64,000 nt of DNA from NCBI GenBank assembly GCA_045535075.1, contig JAZSKX010000017.1:96001-160000 (forward strand). The letters are read 5' to 3'. A program made the translations under genes and the position numbers. This DNA comes from Candidatus Spyradenecus sp. GTDB lineage: Bacteria > Verrucomicrobiota > Verrucomicrobiia > Opitutales > UBA953. Below the pieces are notes generated by a model. That model worked only from the letters and a program-made list of their open reading frames with translations. It ran no database searches and was not told where the DNA came from. Of the stretch, positions 1 through 9,842 are shown piece after piece. Every line of letters begins with the position of its first letter. Within the stretch, counting starts at the first letter, position 1.

Positions 1-2
1 CT

Positions 3-1187
3 TACGATTACGAAGGAAATGAATTTACGGCGATTAGCCCGAGCGCGAACGCTTACGGGCTGTATGCTGCGGGAGCCGCCAAGGTGAGCAATCTTACAAC
101 GCTCACGGCGAAAGATTCTTACAACGCCTACGGCGTCTATTTGTTCAATGCGGCGGAAGTGGACGCTACAAGCCTGAAGAAAGTCGTAGCACACTCAAAC
201 TCTGTCGGCGGGAGCGCATACGGTATTTTTGTCGATAATAGCGCGAATGGAGAATTCAGCAATTTCACGGGAGATGTCGACGTTCTTTCATTTTGCGGAA
301 CGGCTTACGGTGCGTATGTCAACGGCTTGTCGGAGTGGGATTTGAGTTCTGCGACAATCAAGGTTAAGAGAACGGAAAGCGCTGCCGATTTTGAGAGCGT
401 CAAAAACGAGAATAATATCGGGAGCACGGATAGCTCCGACGAAAGCGGAACTGCCTACGGCGTGTATGTAACGAGAGAGGCGAGCGTCTCCGTGAAAAAC
501 GTAAGCGTTTCCGGAACCGGGAACCTCGTCGGAATTTGGGCGGGAACGGGAACGTCCGTTTCGCTGGCAGACGGCGCGACAATTGACGCAACGGGAGGCG
601 ACGCGCTTGCGTCCGACGGCGATATGACGATCGCTTCGCTCGGCTCGGCGCAACTTGCGGGGAATGCTTCAGTCGCGGGAACGCTTCATTTCACACAGGG
701 CGAGTTTTTGCTCAACGCGGGAACGATTGCCGCCGAAACGTGGAAAATCGGAAGCGAGGATGCAAACGGAATCGTAACGACGGCAAAAGTTGAGCTTGCG
801 GGAAACACCGTATTTGAAGGGAACGAGCTGACGTTCTACATCAAAAAACCGGAGACGCGTGCAATGCAGGATGCCGTGATTTCCGTCGCCGAAGCCACAA
901 CGTTTACCGCCGAAGCCGCAACGTTTACCGCCTTGGCGACAACGATTAACGTCGTTCTCGATCACAACGGCGAATACGGTGTCGGCGACGTGATTACGCT
1001 TATCGGTGGAAACTACGATTTGGGGAATGTGTCGGACGTCGTTGTCCGGGGAAGTGATTTGGGTTACACCTACGGGAACGTCGCGGGCGGCTGGGGCATT
1101 ACGTTTATTCCGGAGCCGTCGGCATTCGGCTTGCTTGCGGGCTTGGGCATGCTCACGCTTGCCGCTTCGCGCCGCCGCCGAAAGTAA
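3..1187 (+). CDS. PEP-CTERM surface protein (5' end lies before the window), with repeated AYG[LVIA][YF] beta-helix-like motifs
   Basis: Frame is open from the window start; C-terminus IPEPSAFGLLAGLGMLTLAASRRRRK; five AYGxY/F repeats. Confidence 0.9.
   Translation, partial: YDYEGNEFTAISPSANAYGLYAAGAAKVSNLTTLTAKDSYNAYGVYLFNAAEVDATSLKKVVAHSNSVGGSAYGIFVDNSANGEFSNFTGDVDVLSFCGTAYGAYVNGLSEWDLSSATIKVKRTESAADFESVKNENNIGSTDSSDESGTAYGVYVTREASVSVKNVSVSGTGNLVGIWAGTGTSVSLADGATIDATGGDALASDGDMTIASLGSAQLAGNASVAGTLHFTQGEFLLNAGTIAAETWKIGSEDANGIVTTAKVELAGNTVFEGNELTFYIKKPETRAMQDAVISVAEATTFTAEAATFTALATTINVVLDHNGEYGVGDVITLIGGNYDLGNVSDVVVRGSDLGYTYGNVAGGWGITFIPEPSAFGLLAGLGMLTLAASRRRRK
887..932 (+). repeat. In-frame 21-bp tandem duplication (AEATTFT/AEAATFT)
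   Basis: cgccgaagccacaacgtttac / cgccgaagccgcaacgtttac / cgcc. Confidence 0.85.
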
Positions 1188-1199
1188 TTTCTCAAACGC

Positions 1200-1233
1200 G
1201 TTCCCGCAGTTAATTTTTCATAATTGCGGGAAC
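1200..1233. terminator. Hairpin formed by an inverted pair of the GCGGGAAC motif
   Basis: gttcccgcagtta ... taattgcgggaac directly after the PEP-CTERM stop. Confidence 0.6.
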
Positions 1234-1271
1234 TTCAGAATCGTGGCATCGTTTTCGGAAATTTTTACGCT

Positions 1272-1724
1272 ATGAAAATCAGCATCGGCAGCGATCACGC
1301 AGGTTTTGAACTTAAACAGGAACTCGCCGAATACCTTCGTTCCCGCGGGCACGAGGTTACGGATTACGGAGCCGCCTCAAAAGCATCCGTGGATTACCCG
1401 CTTTTTGCGCATTCGGTTGCGCAGGATGTCGCTTGCGGGAACGCGGATTTCGGAGTCTTAGTTTGTTGGACCGGCGTCGGAATTTCCATTGCGGCAAACA
1501 AAGTTCCCGGCGTGCGCGCAGTGAATTGCTTCAACGTCGAAATGGCAAAGCTTTGCCGCCAACACAACAACGGGAACGTCATCGCCTTCGGACAAAAATT
1601 CATCGCGCCCGGCTACGCAAAAGACATGCTTGACGTATTTCTCAGCACCGAATTTGAGGGCGGGCGCCACGCACGCCGCGTCGGACAACTCGAAGACATG
1701 AACGCCTGTGCCGTAAAAGATTAA
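1272..1724 (+). CDS. rpiB: Ribose-5-phosphate isomerase B
   Basis: GSDHAG, VCWTGVGISIAANKVPGVRA, FEGGRHARRV motifs; ATG at 1272 preferred over TTG at 1224. Confidence 0.95.
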   Translation: MKISIGSDHAGFELKQELAEYLRSRGHEVTDYGAASKASVDYPLFAHSVAQDVACGNADFGVLVCWTGVGISIAANKVPGVRAVNCFNVEMAKLCRQHNNGNVIAFGQKFIAPGYAKDMLDVFLSTEFEGGRHARRVGQLEDMNACAVKD

Positions 1725-1787
1725 GCAAAGGGAAAAGGAGCTTTCCTCAAACTTTCTTCGTTAGTAATTTTTCACTATTTTCAAACC

Positions 1788-3035
1788 ATGATTAATTCCA
1801 CTCCGCTTGAACAAATCGATCCGGAACTTGCCGGATACATCAACGGCGAGCTCTCCCGCCAGCAATCGCACATTGAGCTGATTGCCTCCGAAAACTTTAC
1901 GCTTCCCGCCGTCATGCAGGCGCAAGGGAGCATTCTCACGAACAAATACGCCGAAGGCTATCCGAACAAACGCTGGTACGGCGGTTGCGAATGGGTCGAC
2001 AAAGTCGAGCAGCTCGCCATCGATCGCGCCAAACAGCTTTTCGGAGCCGAGCACGCCAACGTTCAGCCGCATTCCGGTTCGCAGACGAATATGGCGGTTT
2101 ACTTCGCAGCTCTGAAGCCCGGCGACAAAATTTTGACGATGAATCTCGCGCACGGCGGGCACCTGACGCACGGCGCTCCCGTGAATTTCTCCGGAAAGCT
2201 TTACGAAGTCGTCCATTACGGCGTCGGCGAAGACGGTTATATTAACTACGATGAAATCGCCGAAATGGCGGCGCGGGAAAAGCCGAAGCTGATTACGGTC
2301 GGTGCATCGGCGTACGCACGCATCATTGATTTCAAACGCATGGCGGACATTGCGCATTCCAACGGCGCGCTCTTGCTCGCCGATATCGCACACATCGCCG
2401 GGCTCGTCGCAGGCGGCGCGCATCCGTCGCCGGTCGGACACGCTGATTTCGTCACGACGACGACTCACAAGACACTTCGCGGACCACGCGGCGGCTTGAT
2501 TCTCTGCAACGCAGAATGGGCAAAAGCAATTGATGCCGCTGTGTTCCCGGGAATGCAGGGCGGACCGCTCGAACACATCATTGCCGCAAAAGCAGTTTGC
2601 TTCGGCGAAGCGCTTAAGCCGGAGTTCAAAGCCTACGCGCAACAAATCGTCTCGAACTGCAAAGTCCTTGCGGCGGATTTGATGGCTGCCGGATTCAAAC
2701 TCGTTTCCGGCGGAACGGACAATCACCTTTGCCTCATCGACCTGCGCGGAAGCCATCCGGATGTTTCCGGAAAAGACGCTCAACTCGCGCTCGATGCCGC
2801 CAACATCACGACGAACAAGAATACCGTTCCCGGCGAAACACGCTCACCGTTCCAAGCAAGCGGCATTCGCCTCGGCACGGCGGCTTGCACGTCGCGCGGA
2901 ATGCGCGAACCCGAAATGAAGCTCATCGCCAAGGCGATTACGCTTGTTATTAACAACATTCACGACGAAAGCAAGATTGCCGAAGCCCGCGAAATCGCAC
3001 GCACGCTTTGCCAGAAATTCCCGCTTCCGTATTAA
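1788..3035 (+). CDS. glyA: Serine hydroxymethyltransferase
   Basis: [30 protein letters not shown]-lysine motif. Confidence 0.98.
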   Translation: MINSTPLEQIDPELAGYINGELSRQQSHIELIASENFTLPAVMQAQGSILTNKYAEGYPNKRWYGGCEWVDKVEQLAIDRAKQLFGAEHANVQPHSGSQTNMAVYFAALKPGDKILTMNLAHGGHLTHGAPVNFSGKLYEVVHYGVGEDGYINYDEIAEMAAREKPKLITVGASAYARIIDFKRMADIAHSNGALLLADIAHIAGLVAGGAHPSPVGHADFVTTTTHKTLRGPRGGLILCNAEWAKAIDAAVFPGMQGGPLEHIIAAKAVCFGEALKPEFKAYAQQIVSNCKVLAADLMAAGFKLVSGGTDNHLCLIDLRGSHPDVSGKDAQLALDAANITTNKNTVPGETRSPFQASGIRLGTAACTSRGMREPEMKLIAKAITLVINNIHDESKIAEAREIARTLCQKFPLPY

Positions 3036-3150
3036 AATTCGTCGCGGGAACGCTTCTGCACAAAAATTTGTTTGCCAAAGCGTTCCCGCGGTGCATTATT
3101 TCCTACAATTATCACAAACCCATTTAACCCCATTAACTCAGCAAAAGCTT

Positions 3151-3864
3151 ATGAAAAAATCCCAGAATAACCGCAAAGGTTTTACTCTCATTGAACTCCT
3201 GACCGTTATTGCAATTATCGGTATTCTTGCGGCACTCGCCGTCCCGACAATCGGCATCGGTATGGACAAGGTTCGTCAGCTCGTCGCCAGCAACAACCTC
3301 AGCCAAATCGCCAAGTGCTATACCGCTTACATGCAGGAAGGCACAAACGGTCGCACAATCAAGAACACGGGCGACGAACCGGAAAAAGGCACTGCCTCGA
3401 CGGTCGCCGGTGTCGCTGAAATTCTCGCGCGCCGAGCCGGTTTGGTCGACGCGGAAGTTTGGTACATCGCTTCCGACGACAATATCACCGACACGATCCC
3501 GAAGACCGTTCTTGAAGAAGGCGACGACGGAGCCAACCAACTCCGCGAAGTAAAGCCGATTTCCTGGGCAGTTGTCGTCAACACGAAGAAAAACCCGAAA
3601 GCCGGCAAATCCGCTTATCCGATCGCATGGCTCCGCGGGCTCCAAACCTCCGGCGAATGGGATGAAAACGCGCCTTTCGGAAAAGGCACGGGCTTCGTTG
3701 CGTTCGCAGACGGTTCCGTTCGCAAATATGCCAACCTTCTGAACGAAGAAGATCAATTCCGCTCGGCAGACGGAAAACGCGACTCCGAAAACTATTTGGA
3801 CGCAATCGGAGCCAACGGCTCGAACTCCGGTCTCGTTCCGACGGTTCTCGAAGACACGATTTAA
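3151..3864 (+). CDS. Prepilin-type N-terminal methylation domain protein (type IV/T2SS pilin-like, PVC type)
   Basis: KGFTLIELLTVIAIIGILAA cleavage/methylation motif; C-terminal GFVAFADGSV (H-X9-DG-like). Confidence 0.9.
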   Translation: MKKSQNNRKGFTLIELLTVIAIIGILAALAVPTIGIGMDKVRQLVASNNLSQIAKCYTAYMQEGTNGRTIKNTGDEPEKGTASTVAGVAEILARRAGLVDAEVWYIASDDNITDTIPKTVLEEGDDGANQLREVKPISWAVVVNTKKNPKAGKSAYPIAWLRGLQTSGEWDENAPFGKGTGFVAFADGSVRKYANLLNEEDQFRSADGKRDSENYLDAIGANGSNSGLVPTVLEDTI

Positions 3865-3887
3865 TCGCAATCGTCATTTACCGAAGA

Positions 3888-3920
3888 CGTTCCCGCAAAA
3901 TTCTGCGGGAACGTTTTTTT
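3888..3920 (+). terminator. Intrinsic terminator made of two inverted 9-mer motifs
   Basis: cgttcccgca aaattc tgcgggaacg followed by a T-run. Confidence 0.85.
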
Positions 3921-4172
3921 GTCGCCGGATCAATCGAAAGCAAGTTCTTTTCCCCTTGCCAAACGAACGTTTTTCTCCGAACTCCAACGCGATACTCGTT
4001 CCGCTCATTTTTCCTTAAAGCAAAAATTCGGGCCTGAAAAAATCGTTGCGCCGGAGCGTTCACAGGCGAATCGGAGAAATTAAATTCTCCGGAACGGGAA
4101 ATATTTACAGACAAAAAAACCGGGCAAATCGGAAGGGAAATCAACCCGACCTGCCCGGCTTTATAAATCCGT

Positions 4173-4763
4173 TTATTTGTTAAGCGTTTCTTCCTCGTTA
4201 AAACGCTTAGACCGCGGATGGTTGTAGCCAAACAGCGGAATAATGTTGATAAACAGGTAGAAAAACACGCCGATAACAATCCCGCAGTCTGCGATATTAA
4301 ACGCCGGCCAGCGCCCGTAAATCGGGAGATGAACGTCGAGAAAATCGATAACGTGATTGTGCCAAAGGCGATCGAAAAGATTTCCCGCAATTCCGCCGGC
4401 AAGCAATCCGAGCGCGATTTGCGACGGCAGGCGCTCCAGCTCCAAGTGGCGACGGAAAAAGAAAATACCGGCGAGCGCGGCAAATGCAAAAAGGCTCAAA
4501 AGAACCTGATGTCCCGCGAAAAGGCTCCACGCCGCGCCGGGATTGTCGATGTGCACGAGATAGAAAAAATTATCAATAATGCAGATCGGCTCAAAATTCG
4601 CGTTGTAGCCGTATTCCCCGGGCAGCGAATAAGTCGGCTGCCCCGGCTCCCACGGAATCAGAGCAATAACAAGCCATTTCGTAATTTGGTCGAAAAGAAA
4701 TACGGCTATCGCGAGACGCCAAAAAACAGTGTATTTCCGCCAGCGGTTAAATCTCAGTTTCAT
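4173..4763 (-). CDS. lspA: Lipoprotein signal peptidase II
   Basis: DQITKW, NPGAAWS, GNLFDRL, VIDFL, WPAFNIAD motifs. Confidence 0.95.
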   Translation of the reverse strand: MKLRFNRWRKYTVFWRLAIAVFLFDQITKWLVIALIPWEPGQPTYSLPGEYGYNANFEPICIIDNFFYLVHIDNPGAAWSLFAGHQVLLSLFAFAALAGIFFFRRHLELERLPSQIALGLLAGGIAGNLFDRLWHNHVIDFLDVHLPIYGRWPAFNIADCGIVIGVFFYLFINIIPLFGYNHPRSKRFNEEETLNK

Positions 4764-5836
4764 TAGGGTTCTTCGTGCTCTTCCGGAAGGGAAATCGGCG
4801 AGTCATTTTCGATATCGATAACCTCCGAAATATCACCGGTTGTATTTGCCTGGCGGCGGCGAGCTTCCGCCCGACGCTGTTTTTCCGCCTCGATTTTTCC
4901 TTCGAGCGAATAGCGCGTAAAAGGAACTTTATTAAGACGTTCCGCGGGAATCGGCTTTCCCGTAATCTCGCAAATTCCGTAAGTACCTTTTTTCATGCGT
5001 TCGACGGCGATGGAAATCTCGGCGAGTTCCTCCTGCTCGGCGCTCAGGCGGCTAATCGCGAAATCACGGTCAAACGCTTCGTTGTCAATATCCGCCGTGT
5101 GCTGGCTGTATGCGGAAACATCGCCTGTTTCTTCCTTCCCTTCTTTGCGGAACGCGCTCTCGGAATGGCGGGAAATATTTGTCTGCAATTCGGTCTTCCG
5201 AGCCATCAGCTTGCGGTAATATTTGAGCCATTTTTCGGGAATCATTTTTTCCTCCTGCGAAACCGCATCCTTGGCAAACGGATTGAAGCCGAAAAGCTCG
5301 TCGAGCGAAACCGCACCGATCGTACGCTTTTCTTTACTTTTCGGAAGCGTATTAAGAATAATACGCTTTGCCTCCGTTTTCTTTACGGGAACGATATCTG
5401 CGTTCGGGTTGAAAATATTGATGTTCGTGACTCCGCGTTGAAAAAGCAATTGTTCCAACTCGAACGGATTGTACGCACGAGCGCGGGAACGAAGCGAACG
5501 CGACGCATTCATCGCCTTGACATCACGCGGGACGGAGATTCCGGCATTCACGCTCACGGGAGCCGGCGGCGTTTTTGCCTTACGCCCGCGTTTGGCGGGA
5601 GCAATCAAAGAACGCTTCACCGTTTCCTTCACCGGCGCAAGCTCCGCCGCCGGAGAAGATTTCTTCCCGGATTTCACGGGAACGGATTTTTTCTCATTCG
5701 CTTTTTTCGCCGGAACCGACTTCGCCGCTACACTTTTTTTTGTAGCCACGGGCTTTTTCGATGCGGCGGATTTTGCCGAAGCCTTAGCGGCGGAACGTGC
5801 AGGGGCTTGTTTTTTAGAAGTTTTTTTGACACTCAT
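4763..5836 (-). CDS. TraR/DksA family regulator with long Lys/Ala-rich N-terminal extension
   Basis: HTADID coiled-coil tip; GTYGICEITGKPIPAERL..VPFTRYS C-terminal motif. Confidence 0.85.
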   Translation of the reverse strand: MSVKKTSKKQAPARSAAKASAKSAASKKPVATKKSVAAKSVPAKKANEKKSVPVKSGKKSSPAAELAPVKETVKRSLIAPAKRGRKAKTPPAPVSVNAGISVPRDVKAMNASRSLRSRARAYNPFELEQLLFQRGVTNINIFNPNADIVPVKKTEAKRIILNTLPKSKEKRTIGAVSLDELFGFNPFAKDAVSQEEKMIPEKWLKYYRKLMARKTELQTNISRHSESAFRKEGKEETGDVSAYSQHTADIDNEAFDRDFAISRLSAEQEELAEISIAVERMKKGTYGICEITGKPIPAERLNKVPFTRYSLEGKIEAEKQRRAEARRRQANTTGDISEVIDIENDSPISLPEEHEEP

Positions 5837-5949
5837 AATGCGGGATGTCGATAGATTCTAAGAAATGTACGTTGCAGGAAGCATGTTGATTTCCGTGAAC
5901 TAGTCAACGGAACTTCGCACGGAATCAATGAATTTTCTGCGGGAACGCT

Positions 5950-7326
5950 CTATTTCAAAAGCGAGACCGTGAAAATCACGATAATTCCGAGCGGCGCGAC
6001 ATATCGCAAAAGGAAAATGTAAGTCCGGAAAAAGCGAATGGCGATCGCGTCATTGTTGCTGAGTTGAGCACGGACGAATTTGCGATCCAAATACCATCCC
6101 GTAAACCACGAAACAAAAAGCCCGCCAAGCGGCATCATCCAAGTTGCCGTAATCGTATCGAGCCAATCGAAAAAGGATTTCCCCGCGAACACGAGCGACG
6201 AACCGTTCCCGAGGGAACTTGCCGCAAAATAGCCGGCAACAAGCGTAAACGCGGAAGTCAAAATTACCGCCTTAACCCGAGAAACATTAAATTCCTCATG
6301 TAAAAACGCCGTCGCAATCTCATACATCGAAATCGCGGAAGTAATCGTCGCCAAAATTAACAAAAGGAAAAACAGAACCGCCCAAAGCTGACCGAGCGGA
6401 AGCGCTTGGAAAAGCTGCGGAAGCGTTTCGAAAATCAGCCCCGGCCCGCCGTTTTTCAGCGCTTCGGTAATCTGCGCAGAGTTCGTTCCCGCGACCGCAA
6501 ACGCAGTCGAAAAAATCGTAACCCCGGAAAGAATCGCCATCAGCGTATCAACCGCCGCGAGCTGACCGGCAGTCTTTCCCAAGCGCACGTCCGAACCGAA
6601 ATACGACGCGTAAGTAATCAGGCAGCCCATCCCGAGCGAAAGCGAGAAAAACGCCTGCCCCAGCGCAGAAACAAAAACCTGCGGAGTAACATGCGAAATA
6701 TCCGGACGGAAAAGATAAAGCAAGCCCTCCGACGCATTCGGAAGCGTAACCGCTCGCACGCACATCACAATCAAAATGACAAACAACAACGGCATCATCA
6801 GCTTGCTCGCAAATTCAATGCCTTTTTTGACACCGAATCCGACAATCACCGCCGTACCGATAACGGAAACTCCCAACCAAAAAGTTTGCCGCCAAGGGCT
6901 GTTTGCCAAATCCGCAAAAATAGCGCTAAACGCCGCCGGCTCCGAAACACTCGAAAGCTTCCCCGTCAACGCAAGTACGAAATAATCAAACGTCCATCCC
7001 GCGACAACCATGTAAAAGCTCAAAATGAGCATGACCGCGACGACCGCAAAAATTCCGAAATAATGAAACGGTTTGCCCGGCGCAAGATTCCGATACGCGC
7101 CCGCCGGATTCGCCTTCCCCGCGCGCCCGACGATAAATTCCGCCAAGACCAACGGGATCCCGAAAAAGAGAACGCAGGCAAGATAAATAAAAACAAAAAT
7201 CGCGCCGCCGCCGTTCGCCGTCTCGCTCGGGAAACGCCAAACGTTTCCAAGCCCGACCGCCGAACCGGCCGTCGCCGCAAGAATTCCTAATTTTGTCCCG
7301 AAGGTAACACGTTTCGATACACTCAT
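5950..7326 (-). CDS. Sodium-dependent transporter (NSS/SNF family)
   Basis: AGSAVGLGNVWRFP, GQAFFSLSLG motifs; many TM helices. Confidence 0.95.
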   Translation of the reverse strand: MSVSKRVTFGTKLGILAATAGSAVGLGNVWRFPSETANGGGAIFVFIYLACVLFFGIPLVLAEFIVGRAGKANPAGAYRNLAPGKPFHYFGIFAVVAVMLILSFYMVVAGWTFDYFVLALTGKLSSVSEPAAFSAIFADLANSPWRQTFWLGVSVIGTAVIVGFGVKKGIEFASKLMMPLLFVILIVMCVRAVTLPNASEGLLYLFRPDISHVTPQVFVSALGQAFFSLSLGMGCLITYASYFGSDVRLGKTAGQLAAVDTLMAILSGVTIFSTAFAVAGTNSAQITEALKNGGPGLIFETLPQLFQALPLGQLWAVLFFLLLILATITSAISMYEIATAFLHEEFNVSRVKAVILTSAFTLVAGYFAASSLGNGSSLVFAGKSFFDWLDTITATWMMPLGGLFVSWFTGWYLDRKFVRAQLSNNDAIAIRFFRTYIFLLRYVAPLGIIVIFTVSLLK

Positions 7327-7467
7327 CTCAAAATTTTCTCATGTTAAAGCGTCGCGTTAAAGCCCAAAACCAAAATAAAACGCCGACGCGTTCCCGTGAT
7401 TCTTAACCCCGAATTTAAACCGCCCCCGCGCGCACAAAACACGCCCTAAAACAGGCGCAAAAGTCGC

Positions 7468-7494
7468 TTGACAAATTTTAGGGGGGGGTAGAAT
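7468..7494 (+). promoter_or_regulatory. Sigma70-type promoter with G8 tract in the spacer (candidate phase-variable)
   Basis: TTGACA-aatttta-GGGGGGGG-TAGAAT; 15-nt spacer; upstream of the PEP-CTERM gene at 7589. Confidence 0.75.
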
Positions 7495-7588
7495 GACATT
7501 TCTTTAAAAATAGGAATTGTGTTCAACTTAACAGCCTTTCCTATTCTTTTCGAAAACCTATAAATCCAAACAACAACTACATAAAAAA

Positions 7589-8482
7589 ATGAAAAAATAC
7601 ATCATTACGACCTCTGCTCTTATCGCAGCTACCGTTGCCGCAAATGCTTGGACGGCATCGGTAGCGAACCGAATTTGGGAGCAGGACACGGAAACGACTG
7701 ATTATCAGTACAAAGAAGTTATTCGTTCGTCGTTTACGCTTGCAAACATAGGGTCAGCCTCAAACAGCACGGACACTCAAATTCACGGGAACAACATGGT
7801 GGTGAATTTTGACGAAGATGCGCGTTATGAGATTACCTTTGAAATGAAGCACTACAAAGGCTTGGGAGATACAAGCCCCGCTTCCGGAATGCTTTCCATG
7901 GTAAGCAAGGGAAATGATGTTTGCATTCTCTTTGGTAATTCTCCGACGCAGATGGGACAATTAGGCGTTCTCTTGGGAGATCGTGCGGATGTTCCGAATA
8001 GTTCCGCACTGGAATCTCTTGCCTTTGGTTCCGCAGGAAATCAGGTTTGGACGATTTTTCCTAACAATCCTCCCTGGGCGACAGGAGATTATCAGTACAC
8101 GCTTATTTTTGAAACGTTTAAAGACCGTTCGATTAACGACAAAATATATTACGGCGTGAAGAATGAGAGCACGGGTTCGTATGGATATCGCCTGGATCTT
8201 CATGCAGGACATCTTGGCGCGGGCGGCGCGACAAGTAAGGTTTTTGACGATATCGGATTCCACCTTACGGGCGACCCCACGTCTGTAGGAGGCAACACCT
8301 CAAGCATGGGTGATGTTACCTTCATCGGAAACGAAGGCGGTGTCCCGCAAAACTCTTTTGTAAAATGGACGCGGACGGCAGTGCCGATTGAGCAACCTGC
8401 CGTTCCGGAACCGTCGGCATTTGGTTTATTGGCTGGCTTGGGGGCGCTTGCACTTGTCGGCACGCGCCGCCGACGCCGCTAA
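7589..8482 (+). CDS. PEP-CTERM surface protein
   Basis: Signal peptide MKKYIITTSALIAATVAANA; VPEPSAFGLLAGLGALALVGTRRRRR. Confidence 0.93.
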   Translation: MKKYIITTSALIAATVAANAWTASVANRIWEQDTETTDYQYKEVIRSSFTLANIGSASNSTDTQIHGNNMVVNFDEDARYEITFEMKHYKGLGDTSPASGMLSMVSKGNDVCILFGNSPTQMGQLGVLLGDRADVPNSSALESLAFGSAGNQVWTIFPNNPPWATGDYQYTLIFETFKDRSINDKIYYGVKNESTGSYGYRLDLHAGHLGAGGATSKVFDDIGFHLTGDPTSVGGNTSSMGDVTFIGNEGGVPQNSFVKWTRTAVPIEQPAVPEPSAFGLLAGLGALALVGTRRRRR

Positions 8483-8522
8483 GGGAAAATAACGCCTCGC
8501 GCGTTCGATTTCCCTTTTAGTC

Positions 8523-8558
8523 GCGTTCCCGTGATTGATTTCACGGGAACGCTTTTTT
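8523..8558. terminator. Terminator between convergent genes, built from the ACGGGAACG variant pair
   Basis: gcgttcccgtga ttgatt tcacgggaacgc tttttt. Confidence 0.85.
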
Positions 8559-8571
8559 GTATATGATTTCC

Positions 8572-9825
8572 TTAGCGTTCGATTTCGTGGAGGAAAAGGC
8601 CGCTGCGCAGCTTCGGTTCAAACCACGTTGATTTCGGCGGCATGATTTCGCCCGCGTCGGCGACGCTGAACAAATCCGCCATCGTTACGGGATAAAGCGC
8701 AAACGCAACGGCGTTCCCGTCTTCCTTGCAACGGCGTTCCAATTCCGCTATCCCGCGAATCCCTCCGACGAAATCAATGCGCGAATCCGTACGCGGGTCG
8801 GCAATGCCGAGAACCGGCGCGAGCAAATTCGCCTGCAAAATCGCACAATCGAGCGATTCAATCGGGTGGGCTTCGTCAAACGTTCCCGCCTTTGCCGTCA
8901 CGGAATACCAATTTCCGCCAAGGAACATTCCAAATTCATGCTTCTTTTTCGGAGCGTATCCGTTTTCTGAATACGCCACGGGAACGACGTCGAATTTTTC
9001 GGAAATTTTCGCAAGAAAATCCGCTTCGCTCAATCCGTTCAAATCGCGAACGACACGATTGTAATCCATGATGAACAAATCTTCGTCGCAGAAGATCACC
9101 GCCATGAGAAAGTTAAATTCCTCTTCACCCGTGAAATCCGGATGCGCGGCGCGGCGGCGCGCGGAAACGGCCGCGGAAGAAGCGGTGCGGTGATGCCCGT
9201 CGGCAATGTAAAGCGCGGGAACTTCAGCAAAACCTTGTCGGATAGCGGCAATCGCCGTGTCGTCGTCAACCTTCCAAAGAATGTGGGAAACGCCGTCGTC
9301 GGTTTTGAAATCGTAATCCGGCTTGTGGAATTTAATCCATTCGCGCATCACGGTCGCAATGCCTTCGTGCTTGCGGTATGCGAGGAACACGGGCTCGGTT
9401 TGCGTGGAGCATGTATCGAAATGACGGATACGATCGAGCTCTTTTTCCTTACGCGTCAATTCGTGTTTCTTGATCGTGTTGTCGAGATATTCGTCGACAC
9501 TTGCACAGGCGACGATTCCGGTTTGCACGCGCCCCCACATCATTTGACGATAAATGTAGTAACAGGGTTTTTCGTCACGGACGAGCGTGCCTTCCGCGAT
9601 AAATTTTTCCAGATTTTCCCGCGATTTTTCATAAGTGATGTCGTCGTGGATTTGCGCTTCGGACGTATCAATGTCCGCGCGGCAAATGTGGAGAAACGAC
9701 TGTGCGTTCCCGCGAGCCATTGCAGCGGCTTCGGTGTGATTCATCACGTCGTACGGGAGCGACGAAACTTTTTCGACGAGATTTTTCGGGGGCCGCAATG
9801 CGGCGAAAGGACGAATGTTTGCCAT
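8572..9825 (-). CDS. DUF1015 family protein
   Basis: SLPYDV, IKKHELTR, YIADGHHR, MPPKSTWFEPKLRSGL motifs. Confidence 0.92.
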   Translation of the reverse strand: MANIRPFAALRPPKNLVEKVSSLPYDVMNHTEAAAMARGNAQSFLHICRADIDTSEAQIHDDITYEKSRENLEKFIAEGTLVRDEKPCYYIYRQMMWGRVQTGIVACASVDEYLDNTIKKHELTRKEKELDRIRHFDTCSTQTEPVFLAYRKHEGIATVMREWIKFHKPDYDFKTDDGVSHILWKVDDDTAIAAIRQGFAEVPALYIADGHHRTASSAAVSARRRAAHPDFTGEEEFNFLMAVIFCDEDLFIMDYNRVVRDLNGLSEADFLAKISEKFDVVPVAYSENGYAPKKKHEFGMFLGGNWYSVTAKAGTFDEAHPIESLDCAILQANLLAPVLGIADPRTDSRIDFVGGIRGIAELERRCKEDGNAVAFALYPVTMADLFSVADAGEIMPPKSTWFEPKLRSGLFLHEIER

Positions 9826-9842
9826 GATTTTTCCGTAAAAAT

